Positions 10,030 through 19,823 are shown, counted from the stretch's first letter. The stretch: DNA of 64,000 nt from Candidatus Doudnabacteria bacterium (GCA_020850635.1 JADZEH010000004.1:11085-75084); one strand, 5' to 3'. Notes: generated from the letters alone by a model not told the origin. Made by a program: numbers and translations.

Positions 10030-11235
10030 TTATGCCACAGTACTGGCCAAATTGTAAATCGGCAAAAGTACACCGGCAACTAAAATTCCTACTCCAATAC
10101 CAAGAATAATCATAATAATCGGTTCAAGTAAGGTCGAAAGAACCGCAACTTTATCATCAACTTCCTTCTCATAATAATTAGCGAGCTTAGCCAAGATATC
10201 ATCTAACTCAGCACTCTGCTCACCAACGCGGACCATTTGTGTGGTGATATTAGGAAATTCCTTATGTGTCGCCATGGCTTCACTGATACTGCTACCAGTA
10301 CTGACTTTAGAGGCAACCTGATTCAAAATATCTTTATATACCACGTTGTTAATGACATCACCCACAATTTGTATAGCTTTAATAATCGGGATACCACCGG
10401 TAATGAGAGTGGCTAAATTCCGTGAAAAACGAGCTAAATAAATATTATGGAATATCACCCCAAACAAAGGTAACTTAAATTTGATTCCATCACATAACTT
10501 ACGCCCATGCACTGTGTTTACATAATACCGTACTAACAGGACTGCTCCCGCGATAAGCAATAGCACCACCCACCAATAACTTTCGAAAAAATCTGTAAAT
10601 GAAATTAACAAACGACTCACAAACGGAAGCTCCCCTCCTTGCTCCTTAAGTACACCAATAAGCTTAGGCATTACAAATTTAAACATCAAAATCCCAACAA
10701 CTAATAACGCACCTAAAACAAACACCGGATATGTAAAAGCTTTTTTGACGTTAGACCGTAAGTTATAATCTTTCTCTAGCTGATCTGCCAAGTAATTCAA
10801 AGATTTGGCCACTGAACCCGAGGCTTCACCTGCTCTCACTAAACTTACGTAAACATTTCCGAAGGCTTCAGGATGCTTTGATAACGCCAACGAAAAACTT
10901 TCACCATTTTCCACAGAAGTCGTCATATCACGTATCACATTATTCAACTGCTTGCTATCTATTTGACTATCGAGAATTCGAAGTGATTGCAAAATTGGCA
11001 CACGAGCGCCAATTAATGTTGAAAGTTGACGCGAAAACAAAACCAAATCCTTAGAACTAATGTGCTTCGCAAAAGGATTAAGTTGGGCTAAAGGATTTTC
11101 GAACTGTTGCTTTAAGTTAATTATCGTAAAGCCATTTTCAGCAAGCAGAGTCTCAGCTTTTTCCTGACTCAAAGCCACCACAAAACCTTGCTTAATTTGG
11201 CCTTCGTTATTTTTAGCAGTGTAGAAAAACTTCAT
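10030..11235 (-). CDS. pilC: Type IV pilus inner-membrane platform protein PilC (GspF family)
   Basis: Two GspF-type repeats with three TM segments and pilC-size protein (401 aa) next to pilT and pilA. Confidence 0.85.
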   Translation of the reverse strand: MKFFYTAKNNEGQIKQGFVVALSQEKAETLLAENGFTIINLKQQFENPLAQLNPFAKHISSKDLVLFSRQLSTLIGARVPILQSLRILDSQIDSKQLNNVIRDMTTSVENGESFSLALSKHPEAFGNVYVSLVRAGEASGSVAKSLNYLADQLEKDYNLRSNVKKAFTYPVFVLGALLVVGILMFKFVMPKLIGVLKEQGGELPFVSRLLISFTDFFESYWWVVLLLIAGAVLLVRYYVNTVHGRKLCDGIKFKLPLFGVIFHNIYLARFSRNLATLITGGIPIIKAIQIVGDVINNVVYKDILNQVASKVSTGSSISEAMATHKEFPNITTQMVRVGEQSAELDDILAKLANYYEKEVDDKVAVLSTLLEPIIMIILGIGVGILVAGVLLPIYNLASTVA

Positions 11236-11250
11236 AGAAATAATTAACGG

Positions 11251-12321
11251 TTACGACACCAGTGACAAGAAATATTCGTTATCTAGCACAAAATTCTGAG
11301 CAACTTCCATTTCAACCGTCCCCTGCTTAACTAAAGTCGCAAGTATTTTATCGAGCGGCACCATGCCTTCATCGGCGCTAGTATGAATAATGTTGTTAAT
11401 TTCGTAGACTTTGTTTTCACGAATCACGTTTCGAACCGCATGATTTACCACCATAACCTCATACGCCGGAACTCGTCCTCCACCAGTCTTTGGTAATAAA
11501 CGTAAGGAAACTACCCCGACTAGCACGCTAGCGAGCTGAGCGCGGACCTGATTTTGTTGCTCTGCTGGAAATACGTCAACAACACGGTCAATGCTTTGGG
11601 CGGCATCGTTAGTATGCAAAGTTGCAAAAATTAAGTGACCTGTTTCAGCTAATGTCAGTGCTGCCGAAATGGATTCCAAATCACGAATTTCACCAACAAG
11701 CACGACGTTGATATCTTCACGCAACGCTGCTTTAAGTGCTTGGGAAAACGATGGAGTATCAATATTAACTTCACGCTGGCTGATAATCGATTTATCTGGA
11801 GGGAAAATAAATTCAACAGGATCTTCAATTGTTAAGATGTGCTCCCGACGAGTAATATTTATCTGGTTAATCATCGAGGCTAAGGCGGTAGTTTTTCCAT
11901 GACCAGTTGGACCCACCATCAATACCAAACCTTGTTTACGTTCTGTAAACTTATTCAAAATTGGGGGAAGTCCAAGCTCTTCTAAACTCCGAATCTTATT
12001 TGGAATTAAACGAAAGGCGATACCAGAAACTTTTTGTTGTTTATAAACGTTAACACGAAAACGGACATTATCTTTGTAGGTATACGATAAGTCGATATCA
12101 AGTTGCTTATCAAAAATAGTTTTCTGCTCAGGTTGCAACAAAACTCCGATTAAATCATTAATTCGATCGTTACTTAAAACCTCGAAGTCCTCAAGACGAG
12201 TAAGCTGGCTATCAACACGAATAACCGGTGGCTCACCAACCACAAGGTGCAAATCTGATGCGTTGCGCTCTAAAGTCAACGACAACAGTTTTTGTAATTC
12301 TAATTCACTGGCTTTATACAT
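11251..12321 (-). CDS. pilT: Twitching-motility retraction ATPase PilT
   Basis: Walker A GPTGHGKTT, PilT-size (356 aa), and Asp box/His box region typical of PilT/PilU. Confidence 0.85.
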   Translation of the reverse strand: MYKASELELQKLLSLTLERNASDLHLVVGEPPVIRVDSQLTRLEDFEVLSNDRINDLIGVLLQPEQKTIFDKQLDIDLSYTYKDNVRFRVNVYKQQKVSGIAFRLIPNKIRSLEELGLPPILNKFTERKQGLVLMVGPTGHGKTTALASMINQINITRREHILTIEDPVEFIFPPDKSIISQREVNIDTPSFSQALKAALREDINVVLVGEIRDLESISAALTLAETGHLIFATLHTNDAAQSIDRVVDVFPAEQQNQVRAQLASVLVGVVSLRLLPKTGGGRVPAYEVMVVNHAVRNVIRENKVYEINNIIHTSADEGMVPLDKILATLVKQGTVEMEVAQNFVLDNEYFLSLVS

Positions 12322-12712
12322 GGGCGTTAGTATGAGTTAAAAAATTAATTATAGTTCTTACAACCTCTTTAGGGCTTGAATGTTGTTTAGAAAGATGGGC
12401 GGCGATGTTCGTTCCCAAAGATTCTGTAGGTGAGACCACTCCCCCATGGGTTAACAAGACAACGTGGAGGGCTGGATGACTTGCGGTAGCCGCTAACATG
12501 GTGCGCCACAACTGATCATCATTTACAGCTGTACTAAACAAGGCCACAGCCGGCTTATGAATACCAATAGCATTTAAAAAGTGTTCATGGGTACCGACTC
12601 CTAATACTGGCACATGGCTAGTCTCAAGATGTCTCATATATACCGCCAACATCTCTGGCTCAGGCTCATGAATCACAACTACTGGTTCTGAAATTATTAC
12701 AGTCGTATCCAT
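12314..12712 (-). CDS. Hypothetical protein wedged between pilB and pilT (possible degenerate receiver-like fold)
   Basis: 132-aa ORF overlapping both flanking genes (4 nt with pilB, 8 nt with pilT), suggesting translational coupling. No clear motif. Confidence 0.4.
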   Translation of the reverse strand: MDTTVIISEPVVVIHEPEPEMLAVYMRHLETSHVPVLGVGTHEHFLNAIGIHKPAVALFSTAVNDDQLWRTMLAATASHPALHVVLLTHGGVVSPTESLGTNIAAHLSKQHSSPKEVVRTIINFLTHTNAHV

Positions 12713-12714
12713 AG

Positions 12715-14499
12715 CTACTCCGTGGTCACGCGGATAATCTCTTCAAGAGTAGTCTCCCCACGCAAAGCCTTAATGATACCGTCCTGCTTCATAGTTATCA
12801 TACCAACCTTTATAGTCGCTTCATAGATGGTATGAGCTGGAGCCTGTGCAAAAATCATCTCTTGAATTTCAGTTAGCATTGGTAAAACTTCATAAATACC
12901 CATTCGCCCCTTATACCCAGTATTTCCACATTTTTCACAGCCTTTTGGTGCAAATAAAGTTAATTTTTTAGGATCAAAACCAACCACATAATCGGCGGGG
13001 GTCGTTGCGAGCTCTTTTCGGATTTCCTTTTCAATAATAGAGGTAACTTCCATCGGAGTTCTACAACTTTCGCATAATCGACGGACTAAACGTTGCGCCA
13101 TAATCATGTTCATCGAGGCGGCAAGTAAAAATGGCTCAATACCCATGTTAATTAAGCGCGGAATAGCACCAACTGAATTATTTGTATGTAGCGTCGAAAA
13201 CACTAAATGTCCTGTTAACGCAGCGTGAACAGCTAACTCAGCCGTTTCTTGGTCACGAATTTCACCAACCATAATCACGTTAGGGTCCTGACGTAAGATA
13301 CTACGAAGCCCTGTAGCAAAAGTTAAACCAATATCGGGATTAATCTGACTTTGGTTCACGCCTTCCATAAAATACTCAATTGGATCTTCAAGCGTAACAA
13401 TATTAACGTTCGGAGCGTTAAGAAGCGAAAGAATTGAATACAAAGTCGTCGATTTACCACTTCCGGTAGGACCAGTAATCAAGAAGATACCGTGCGGCTT
13501 TTTTATATCCTCAGTGACCCAAGACAAAGCTTTGCCACGAATTCCCAGCTGATCCAAAGTCGGCACACCACTACTCTTGTCGAGTAAACGCATCACCACT
13601 TTTTCCCCGTACATCAACGGTAAAGTTGAAACACGAAAATCTACCGAACGCTTACCAAAGTCCATATGAAAACGACCATCCTGAGGTAAACGTTGTTCAT
13701 CAATCTTTAGGTTCGACAAAATTTTAATACGTGAGATAATCGCCGAATGAACATTTTTAGGAAGTTGTAGGAATGTATGAAGCATGCCGTCAATACGATA
13801 CCGAATGCGAACGTCGTTATCAGAAGGTTCAACGTGAATATCGGAAGCATTAGCATCAACAGCATTATTTAAAATTACGTCCACAATTTTGATTATCGGG
13901 GCGTCTTCTAAAACTTGCTGTTCAGGCTTTCCGTCCTTAACTTGTAAGGGTGTATGCTCTATCTCTTGCTTTTGTTGGATATCTTTCAAAGCCTCACCAA
14001 CAACATTAGTCAAATTCTTTTTATGACCAAGCAGAGCTTCAATTCCGGAAGCAGAAGCAACATATAACTGAATCTGCACGTTCTGTTTTTGACCCAAAAA
14101 CTCCAAAGCTTCCAAAGCCTGTAAATTAGAAGGGTCAACCACGGCAACTTTCAAAATGTTCCCCTGCAACTCAAATGGAACAATCGTATAAAAATTGCGA
14201 GACTCTTCGGGAATTTGATTTATAACTTCAGCCGGGACATTATATTTAGACAAATCAATGTAGGGCAAATTTAAAAAAGCCGCACGTGCCTGCGTGACCT
14301 TTTCTTCTGACATAAGTTTTTGCCCAAGAAGAATCTTTACTATATCCTGAATACCAACCTGACCATTCCCATCAACTAACTTACCCTGCACCTCAGCCAT
14401 TAACTGAGTATGCTCTTTAGGATTGAGAAACGAGTGGTCAAGAAGAAACTGAGCGAACGAAGATTCTGTATGGACCGTGGAAGGCTTTGCCTGTGCCAT
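12715..14499 (-). CDS. pilB: Type IV pilus assembly ATPase PilB (GspE family)
   Basis: N-terminal GspII_E-N-like region, Walker A GPTGSGKST, and tetracysteine zinc motif CESCRTP...CEKCGNTGY. Confidence 0.9.
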   Translation of the reverse strand: MAQAKPSTVHTESSFAQFLLDHSFLNPKEHTQLMAEVQGKLVDGNGQVGIQDIVKILLGQKLMSEEKVTQARAAFLNLPYIDLSKYNVPAEVINQIPEESRNFYTIVPFELQGNILKVAVVDPSNLQALEALEFLGQKQNVQIQLYVASASGIEALLGHKKNLTNVVGEALKDIQQKQEIEHTPLQVKDGKPEQQVLEDAPIIKIVDVILNNAVDANASDIHVEPSDNDVRIRYRIDGMLHTFLQLPKNVHSAIISRIKILSNLKIDEQRLPQDGRFHMDFGKRSVDFRVSTLPLMYGEKVVMRLLDKSSGVPTLDQLGIRGKALSWVTEDIKKPHGIFLITGPTGSGKSTTLYSILSLLNAPNVNIVTLEDPIEYFMEGVNQSQINPDIGLTFATGLRSILRQDPNVIMVGEIRDQETAELAVHAALTGHLVFSTLHTNNSVGAIPRLINMGIEPFLLAASMNMIMAQRLVRRLCESCRTPMEVTSIIEKEIRKELATTPADYVVGFDPKKLTLFAPKGCEKCGNTGYKGRMGIYEVLPMLTEIQEMIFAQAPAHTIYEATIKVGMITMKQDGIIKALRGETTLEEIIRVTTE

Positions 14500-14506
14500 A
14501 CGGGTA

Positions 14507-14788
14507 TTATTTTGGTTTAATCAATTGAGATAAGCTTTCAACCCCTATCGCACTTGGATCAAGCACCGTTGGATTAACACGATTAGTTTTTTGGCCATGG
14601 CTTTGAATTGGCTCAAGATTTAAGCTTGTCCCGTGAGGTAATATGGCTTCGATACCAGTCGTTTTGACCACAGGTACAGTTTCAGGAATATCAGCAAAAA
14701 ACATCGAAAACAGGATATAGGCCAAGACCAATCCAAATACGATTCCAAATCCGATTATTGCGATGTTTTTGTTAAATGAAAAATTCAT
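14507..14788 (-). CDS. Small single-pass membrane protein (pilus-assembly accessory candidate)
   Basis: N-terminal TM helix followed by a short periplasmic-side domain. Position between pilO and pilB. Confidence 0.4.
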   Translation of the reverse strand: MNFSFNKNIAIIGFGIVFGLVLAYILFSMFFADIPETVPVVKTTGIEAILPHGTSLNLEPIQSHGQKTNRVNPTVLDPSAIGVESLSQLIKPK

Positions 14789-14794
14789 ATGGGC

Positions 14795-15412
14795 TTAAGT
14801 AGAGAATGAATAACCTCGAACTTTAACTTTAAACAACAACTGTCCTTGTTCCTGCCCAGAAATATCGATGGTCTGCACATCCATAACTCGCGTTGAATTT
14901 TCAATGGCATTTAGAAACCCAACAAACTGTTCCAGCGTCCCACTTGTTGTAATTAACACCGTTGCGGTATTTAACTTTCTTTGAGCTTTATAAGGGTCGG
15001 ATAACGCGGTTTTATCTCCTGCAACAATGGCTTTGGATGATTCTGAGCCATCAACCGCAATCGATGCCACTGACATTCCATTAGACTTTGCCAAACTATC
15101 TGTTAACACAGCCATAGTAGTCAAACGTGAGTTAAGCGGTAAAGCTTCATCGAGCACAGCAACATCAATACTAGAACTTTCGAGCTTGCTAACAAGTTCC
15201 AATAATTGATTTTTCTGATCAGCGACCGAGGCTTGTTGCTCTTCGATAGCTTTTTGTTCGTTTCGAAGCGTTGTCAAAACAATAACTCGTGGCTTTAGTA
15301 CAAACCATGAAAATAAAATGATAATAATTGCGAGTAAAGCAATTTCAGTAAAATGACCACGCTCTGGCGTCATCTTTGGCACAAAGGTTTTTATTTGAGG
15401 AGAAGTTATCAT
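14795..15412 (-). CDS. pilO: PilO-like pilus assembly protein
   Basis: TM helix followed by a coiled-coil segment, PilO-size, 4-nt overlap with the pilN-like gene. Confidence 0.6.
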   Translation of the reverse strand: MITSPQIKTFVPKMTPERGHFTEIALLAIIIILFSWFVLKPRVIVLTTLRNEQKAIEEQQASVADQKNQLLELVSKLESSSIDVAVLDEALPLNSRLTTMAVLTDSLAKSNGMSVASIAVDGSESSKAIVAGDKTALSDPYKAQRKLNTATVLITTSGTLEQFVGFLNAIENSTRVMDVQTIDISGQEQGQLLFKVKVRGYSFST

Positions 15413-15987
15413 TGCGGTGTTTGTTTGTTTTTAAGCGCCCCTACACTGTAATTAAACTTTATTCGAGCGTCTAAGGCCTCAACGTTTTCATCTTGAGACT
15501 TACTCACCGAGACAATCCGGACATTACTAAAATTCCCATTATACGCAGGCAGATCGAAAACTTGTAAAAATTGGTCCAATGATTGATAATCTGGAACGAT
15601 CACTGAGGCGGTAATCACCCCATCGGCATCAACCGCAAACCCGCCATAAGCCGCAGTCTTTAAAGTTGCTTTTGCAATATCACTAAAAAACCGTGACCAA
15701 TAAACATGATTTGTAATAAGAGTGTCGGCTTGTTTTAACTGAGCTTGGCGTGTCAAAACTTCATTTCGACCGCCATTCTTAATAATATCTTGTTGATCTT
15801 GTTCAATTGCGTATTTCGCGCTAGCAATACTATTTCGTGCTGATCGAGTTGCGAGTAAAGCATATCCCCAATAAGCTAACAACAAAATCAGCACAACAAT
15901 CAAAGCTTTGCTCATCGTAGAAGCAACGGTATTTCCAATCCCCGCTTTCTGTCCACTATTATTATTGAGTAAATTTATTTCTGGCAT
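15409..15987 (-). CDS. pilN: PilN-like pilus assembly protein
   Basis: N-terminal PEINLLNN (the PilN INLLP signature), a single TM helix, and position after pilM. Confidence 0.65.
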   Translation of the reverse strand: MPEINLLNNNSGQKAGIGNTVASTMSKALIVVLILLLAYWGYALLATRSARNSIASAKYAIEQDQQDIIKNGGRNEVLTRQAQLKQADTLITNHVYWSRFFSDIAKATLKTAAYGGFAVDADGVITASVIVPDYQSLDQFLQVFDLPAYNGNFSNVRIVSVSKSQDENVEALDARIKFNYSVGALKNKQTPQ

Positions 15988-16023
15988 CTTTTATTTTCGT
16001 TTTCTTGAAATTTTTTATTTAAC

Positions 16024-17037
16024 CTATTCTTGGTCTCTCATCGCCAACCCAATTGTTACTGGTAACTGGGTCGCAAATCGTTTTATAACTGGTTCAATAC
16101 TTGGATCATAACCAACGTTTGCCAAGGGGTTACCAAATTCAACCGGGATTCCTAAATCTTGAAAATATGTGACGATACCGGGCAAATTTGACCCACCACC
16201 AGTTAGAATTAACTTTTGAACTGGGACAGAACGAGCAGCATATATGCTTACCAACTGCTTAACCTCGTTCTTAATGGTACTCATGACCGGCTTAATCGTT
16301 TCTGGGATAAAATCAGCGTTACTCAACCCAAAATCTTTTTTGAATTGCTCGGCCCGAGGAATACTAACGTTCAAAGTCTTGGCGATAGTATCAGTTATTG
16401 TCGCTCCACCAATGCTTAAATTGCGCGTAAGTTGCAATACCCCATCCATTACAACATTGAGTCCAGTATTACGTGCACCTATATCTATTATAACACTATT
16501 TTTTACAGATGAAGTCGATAAGGAGCGAATAAGTGCCAAAGCTTCAATCTCTATTATAGAGAGCTCAAGCCCGGTCATAGCAAATAACTGAATATAACTC
16601 TGTTGCACCTGCTTAGGGACCGCAATTAACAAGACTTTTTGGCGACCAAGTTGTGAATCCTTGGAAACTACTGACCAGGAAAGAACAACCTCAGCTAATG
16701 GTAGTGGGATGTACTTTTTAGCTTCAAAAGAGATGGCCGATTCCATTTGATCTTCAGAAAGTTGCTGCATCTCAATAACCGAAGTAAATACAGCATTATT
16801 CGGCAAACTAACAATACAATTTTTAGCTGTAACCTGGGCTTCAGCCAGAAGTCTTTTTAATACATCGGCTGCGGTCATAATGCTCATCTGATTGGCATGC
16901 GCGTCAAAAGACACTGAAGCATTAACAATGCCATAAGTATCCAAGGTCTTCTTTGTCCCGTGGGTAACTTGAGCAACTTTAATGAACGCAGTTCCTATAT
17001 CAACACCAACAACGCTTTTATTTTTTGAGAAAAACAT
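16024..17037 (-). CDS. pilM: PilM (actin-like ATPase of T4P alignment complex)
   Basis: VVGVDIGTAFIKVAQV phosphate-1 motif, actin/FtsA-like fold size, first gene of the operon. Confidence 0.8.
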   Translation of the reverse strand: MFFSKNKSVVGVDIGTAFIKVAQVTHGTKKTLDTYGIVNASVSFDAHANQMSIMTAADVLKRLLAEAQVTAKNCIVSLPNNAVFTSVIEMQQLSEDQMESAISFEAKKYIPLPLAEVVLSWSVVSKDSQLGRQKVLLIAVPKQVQQSYIQLFAMTGLELSIIEIEALALIRSLSTSSVKNSVIIDIGARNTGLNVVMDGVLQLTRNLSIGGATITDTIAKTLNVSIPRAEQFKKDFGLSNADFIPETIKPVMSTIKNEVKQLVSIYAARSVPVQKLILTGGGSNLPGIVTYFQDLGIPVEFGNPLANVGYDPSIEPVIKRFATQLPVTIGLAMRDQE

Positions 17038-17348
17038 TATGTGTCAGACCTGTATCGCTTTTAGCAAATACAGAAATTCCCCTGTGTTTTTATTTCAAAT
17101 CGATCGAAATCGTATATTTACCGTACTATATTTATGGACTATTGTCAAAATGACTATAATTTGATAAAATAAGTTCTAGCCCGTCATTTTAAAGGGCGAA
17201 TTTATTCGACCTGCTACTAGAAGATAAGGTTCTTTAGGAAGTGAGTGGCGACTTTGTCGACACGAACGAAGAGCGGGCGAATTAATAACAAAGTTAATTG
17301 CTATCTTTAGGGAGTAAATTTGAGCTTCGCTTAAATTTACGTTTGACG

Positions 17349-17375
17349 GGCGGTTTACCGTATCGTCAATAAATA
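17349..17375 (+). promoter_or_regulatory. Conserved motif immediately upstream of tRNA-Ile (GGCGGTTTACCGTATCGTCAATAAATA); shared with the tRNA-Ala upstream region
   Basis: CAATAAATAGGGC abuts both tRNA 5' ends, and GGGCG..GTTTAC occurs further upstream in both. Confidence 0.4.
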
Positions 17376-17452
17376 GGGCATATAGCTCAGTTGGTTAGAG
17401 CGCGTCACTGATAATGACGAGGTCCCTGGTTCGAATCCAGGTATGCCCACCA
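17376..17452 (+). tRNA. tRNA-Ile (anticodon GAT)
   Basis: Manual cloverleaf: acceptor GGGCATA/TATGCCC, D-arm GCTC-AGTTGGTTA-GAGC, anticodon arm CGTCA-CTGATAA-TGACG, T-arm CCTGG-TTCGAATC-CCAGG, encoded CCA. Confidence 0.85.
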
Positions 17453-17487
17453 CGGGTTTCTAAGTATCCAAATTAAGACCAAAATAA

Positions 17488-17739
17488 ATGCGATTCATTT
17501 TAGCTCCCCTGTTATTTGCCCTTGGTGTGTTAATGATGAAATACACCGTAAAGGTCACCGAATTTATGGGCACTGTCGGCTTTGCCGAAAAGTACATGCG
17601 TTCTGGTTTCGCGGGAACTTATACATGGTATCGACTGGTTGGTTTATTGTTTTGTATTTTGGCCGTACTTTGGATATTTGGAGTACTCAACTTTAGTTTC
17701 TTAGAAGCCGTGGTCTCTGGGCCAGGCAGTCAGAATTAG
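17488..17739 (+). CDS. Hypothetical small two-TM membrane protein between the two tRNAs
   Basis: 83-aa ORF with two hydrophobic helices. No SD; GC-richer than surroundings by eye. Coding status uncertain. Confidence 0.35.
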   Translation: MRFILAPLLFALGVLMMKYTVKVTEFMGTVGFAEKYMRSGFAGTYTWYRLVGLLFCILAVLWIFGVLNFSFLEAVVSGPGSQN

Positions 17740-17781
17740 AGAACAGGCGGGCGAGTTTACTCGATCCGCGACCAATAAATA

Positions 17782-17857
17782 GGGCCCTTAGCTCATTTGG
17801 TAGAGCGCCTGCTTTGCAAGCAGGAGGCGACCGGTTCGATCCCGGTAGGGTCCACCA
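17782..17857 (+). tRNA. tRNA-Ala (anticodon TGC)
   Basis: GGGCCCTTAGCTCATTTGGTAGAGC..CTGCT-TTGCAAG-AGCAG..CCGGTTCGATCCCGG..AGGGTCC-A-CCA; includes the G3:U70 Ala identity pair (GGGCCC/AGGGTCC). Confidence 0.85.
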
Positions 17858-17895
17858 AAAAAAATAGCGCTTAATGCGCTATTTTTTATTTATGC
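17858..17895. terminator. Bidirectional rho-independent terminator (stem ATAGCGC / GCGCTAT, loop TTAAT, A-run on one side, T-run on the other)
   Basis: AAAAAAAATAGCGCTTAATGCGCTATTTTTTATTT sits between the plus-strand tRNA-Ala 3' end and the stop of the minus-strand gene 17886-19046. Confidence 0.6.
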
Positions 17896-19046
17896 TTTAA
17901 CTGTGGTTGCCGTAACTTCGCAATTTCCTGAGACAAACCAGCGATTTGATGAAGTTCAATGTAGGCGAAAATTATAAACACAATTAACAAAATTACTAAC
18001 AACACTTCTGGTGAAGGAAATTTACTTGATGTGGCGGCAACAGGAAAGGTGGAAGACCTTACTTCAAAAATGTCAGTAGCTGTGGCGGTGACAGTCTTGC
18101 TTGGGACATTTACAATCAAAGAATATCTTCCTGGAGGAAAATTACTAACCGTTTGAAAAGTTTTCAACATTGAAAGTCGCGTTGCCACCGCAACTGTTTC
18201 AGTTGTATGTAATAAAATATTATTATCTTCATCGGTAACTAAATAATGAACGACTACATCGACGGGACTACCGGCACTTCCAAAATTTATCAATCTAACA
18301 CGAGCGGCGACTTCATCACCCTGATCAATGACTTTAAATAGCTCTAGTATTCTGACTTGAACATCAAATAATATATCTGGTCCACCGCCTTCAACAAATA
18401 TTGAATTAAATGGCCCAGCAGAATCTTGATCAACGCCATCAGATAAATCAATCACAAAATCTATAGTTAAACCGCTGAAAGTCCCTGGATTATCAAGATT
18501 ACTTACAGCAAAAGTAGCGGTGTGGCTTCCTTCGGATAATGGTACGGGACTAACCCAAGACCAGTTACCGTTATCGTCAGACCTCGTAGAAGCCGCAACT
18601 ACTATTGGTGAATGAATTTCTATATATACCGTGGTATTTGGAACTACGGTTGATCCTATAAATTTAGGGTATTGGGTTTTTATAAGCCAATACGGTCTAG
18701 GATGATTTGCATCTGTTACATATTCAGCCCCAAGAGGACCCGTGTCAGAAGAAATTAATAAACCGTTTTTATTATTCAAATTGTCAGCGAGTGGTCGTTG
18801 TGGGACAGTATTGGGAAACTCAGGAGAAGCACTACTTCCACTACTTATTTGAGTCGCTGGACTATCATTAATTCCCCCAACAACGGCGCTAATTGAAACC
18901 ACTTCTTCCGCCGCATTAGTTTGCACCCAGACAATTAACTGACCGGCAATGACCGAGCAAATAATCGCTACAAATGACAAAAACACCGAAAGATGGAACA
19001 ATCGGTGCGTATGATGGTGAGTCCATTGATGAGGTCGAGCCTGCAT
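17886..19046 (-). CDS. Hypothetical surface protein with N-terminal signal/TM, Ig-like middle and C-terminal TM anchor
   Basis: Hydrophobic segments at both ends and a beta-rich Thr/Ser/Val-rich centre. No enzyme motif. Confidence 0.5.
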   Translation of the reverse strand: MQARPHQWTHHHTHRLFHLSVFLSFVAIICSVIAGQLIVWVQTNAAEEVVSISAVVGGINDSPATQISSGSSASPEFPNTVPQRPLADNLNNKNGLLISSDTGPLGAEYVTDANHPRPYWLIKTQYPKFIGSTVVPNTTVYIEIHSPIVVAASTRSDDNGNWSWVSPVPLSEGSHTATFAVSNLDNPGTFSGLTIDFVIDLSDGVDQDSAGPFNSIFVEGGGPDILFDVQVRILELFKVIDQGDEVAARVRLINFGSAGSPVDVVVHYLVTDEDNNILLHTTETVAVATRLSMLKTFQTVSNFPPGRYSLIVNVPSKTVTATATDIFEVRSSTFPVAATSSKFPSPEVLLVILLIVFIIFAYIELHQIAGLSQEIAKLRQPQLKHK

Positions 19047-19052
19047 ATAATA

Positions 19053-19823
19053 TTATTCTATAAAATCTGAGCCTAGGATCAAGGTTACATCAGGTGCGCC
19101 AATTTGAATTTCAGTCGTGGCTTGATCATTCAATACATTATTGATTTCGGGTGCAATAGTTTTAAATTGTTCACCGTAATTCATAGAAGTAGTACCACTC
19201 ACTCCACCAGGAGCATCGCTTATAGTGACCGACTGGAAACCTAAAACTTTCAAACGCCCGGCTATTCTTTGTGCTAAACCGTCTTTACCACTTGCGTTCT
19301 GAACGTTAATTGGCACAAGAGCTTTATCGGTAACTTCAGTTATGCTTCCAGCAACCTGAGGTTCACTACCATCGACATCATCCAATTTTACTGGAGCGAC
19401 TTCGATAATTTTATTTTGCGCTGGTCGATACAGTATCGCTTTTTTAGCAGTAGCATAAATTAAAACCTTATCACCTGTTTGAGCACTCGTAAAGAAGGCT
19501 TGGCCTTCGAGCTTGGAAGGATCGGTCACAGTCGCTACAGTTGGTTGTTCATTTTCTGGTAAGACTACGAGCTTGCCAACAGTCTCTACCAACTCTTTAA
19601 CTTCTTTTTCAGAAGCACCGTTATCACCAGTCAACTGACCAACCTGATTTTTTAGCTCTTGATTTTGCTGATACTGCCATCCCCCAAACCCAATCAACAA
19701 TAAAATCAGCAACGACCCAGCTACTAAGAGTGGGTTTTTAGTAACCATATTTTTTACTTGCCCTATTTTTGTTGCTTTTATTGATGGTATGTCTTCAGTA
19801 AGCTTTGAATGTATTTTTGTCAT
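19053..19823 (-). CDS. Membrane-anchored LytR_C (LytR/CpsA/Psr C-terminal) domain protein
   Basis: N-terminal TM, then C-terminal block ALVPINVQNASGKDGLAQRIAGRLKVLGFQSVTI typical of the LytR_C domain. Confidence 0.6.
   Translation of the reverse strand: MTKIHSKLTEDIPSIKATKIGQVKNMVTKNPLLVAGSLLILLLIGFGGWQYQQNQELKNQVGQLTGDNGASEKEVKELVETVGKLVVLPENEQPTVATVTDPSKLEGQAFFTSAQTGDKVLIYATAKKAILYRPAQNKIIEVAPVKLDDVDGSEPQVAGSITEVTDKALVPINVQNASGKDGLAQRIAGRLKVLGFQSVTISDAPGGVSGTTSMNYGEQFKTIAPEINNVLNDQATTEIQIGAPDVTLILGSDFIE

Noticed and set aside
17137-17160. TTGTCA ... TATAAT upstream of the tRNAs as a promoter
   Set aside because: The spacer is only 7 nt, so it cannot function as a -35/-10 pair. The conserved motif abutting the tRNAs is a better candidate.
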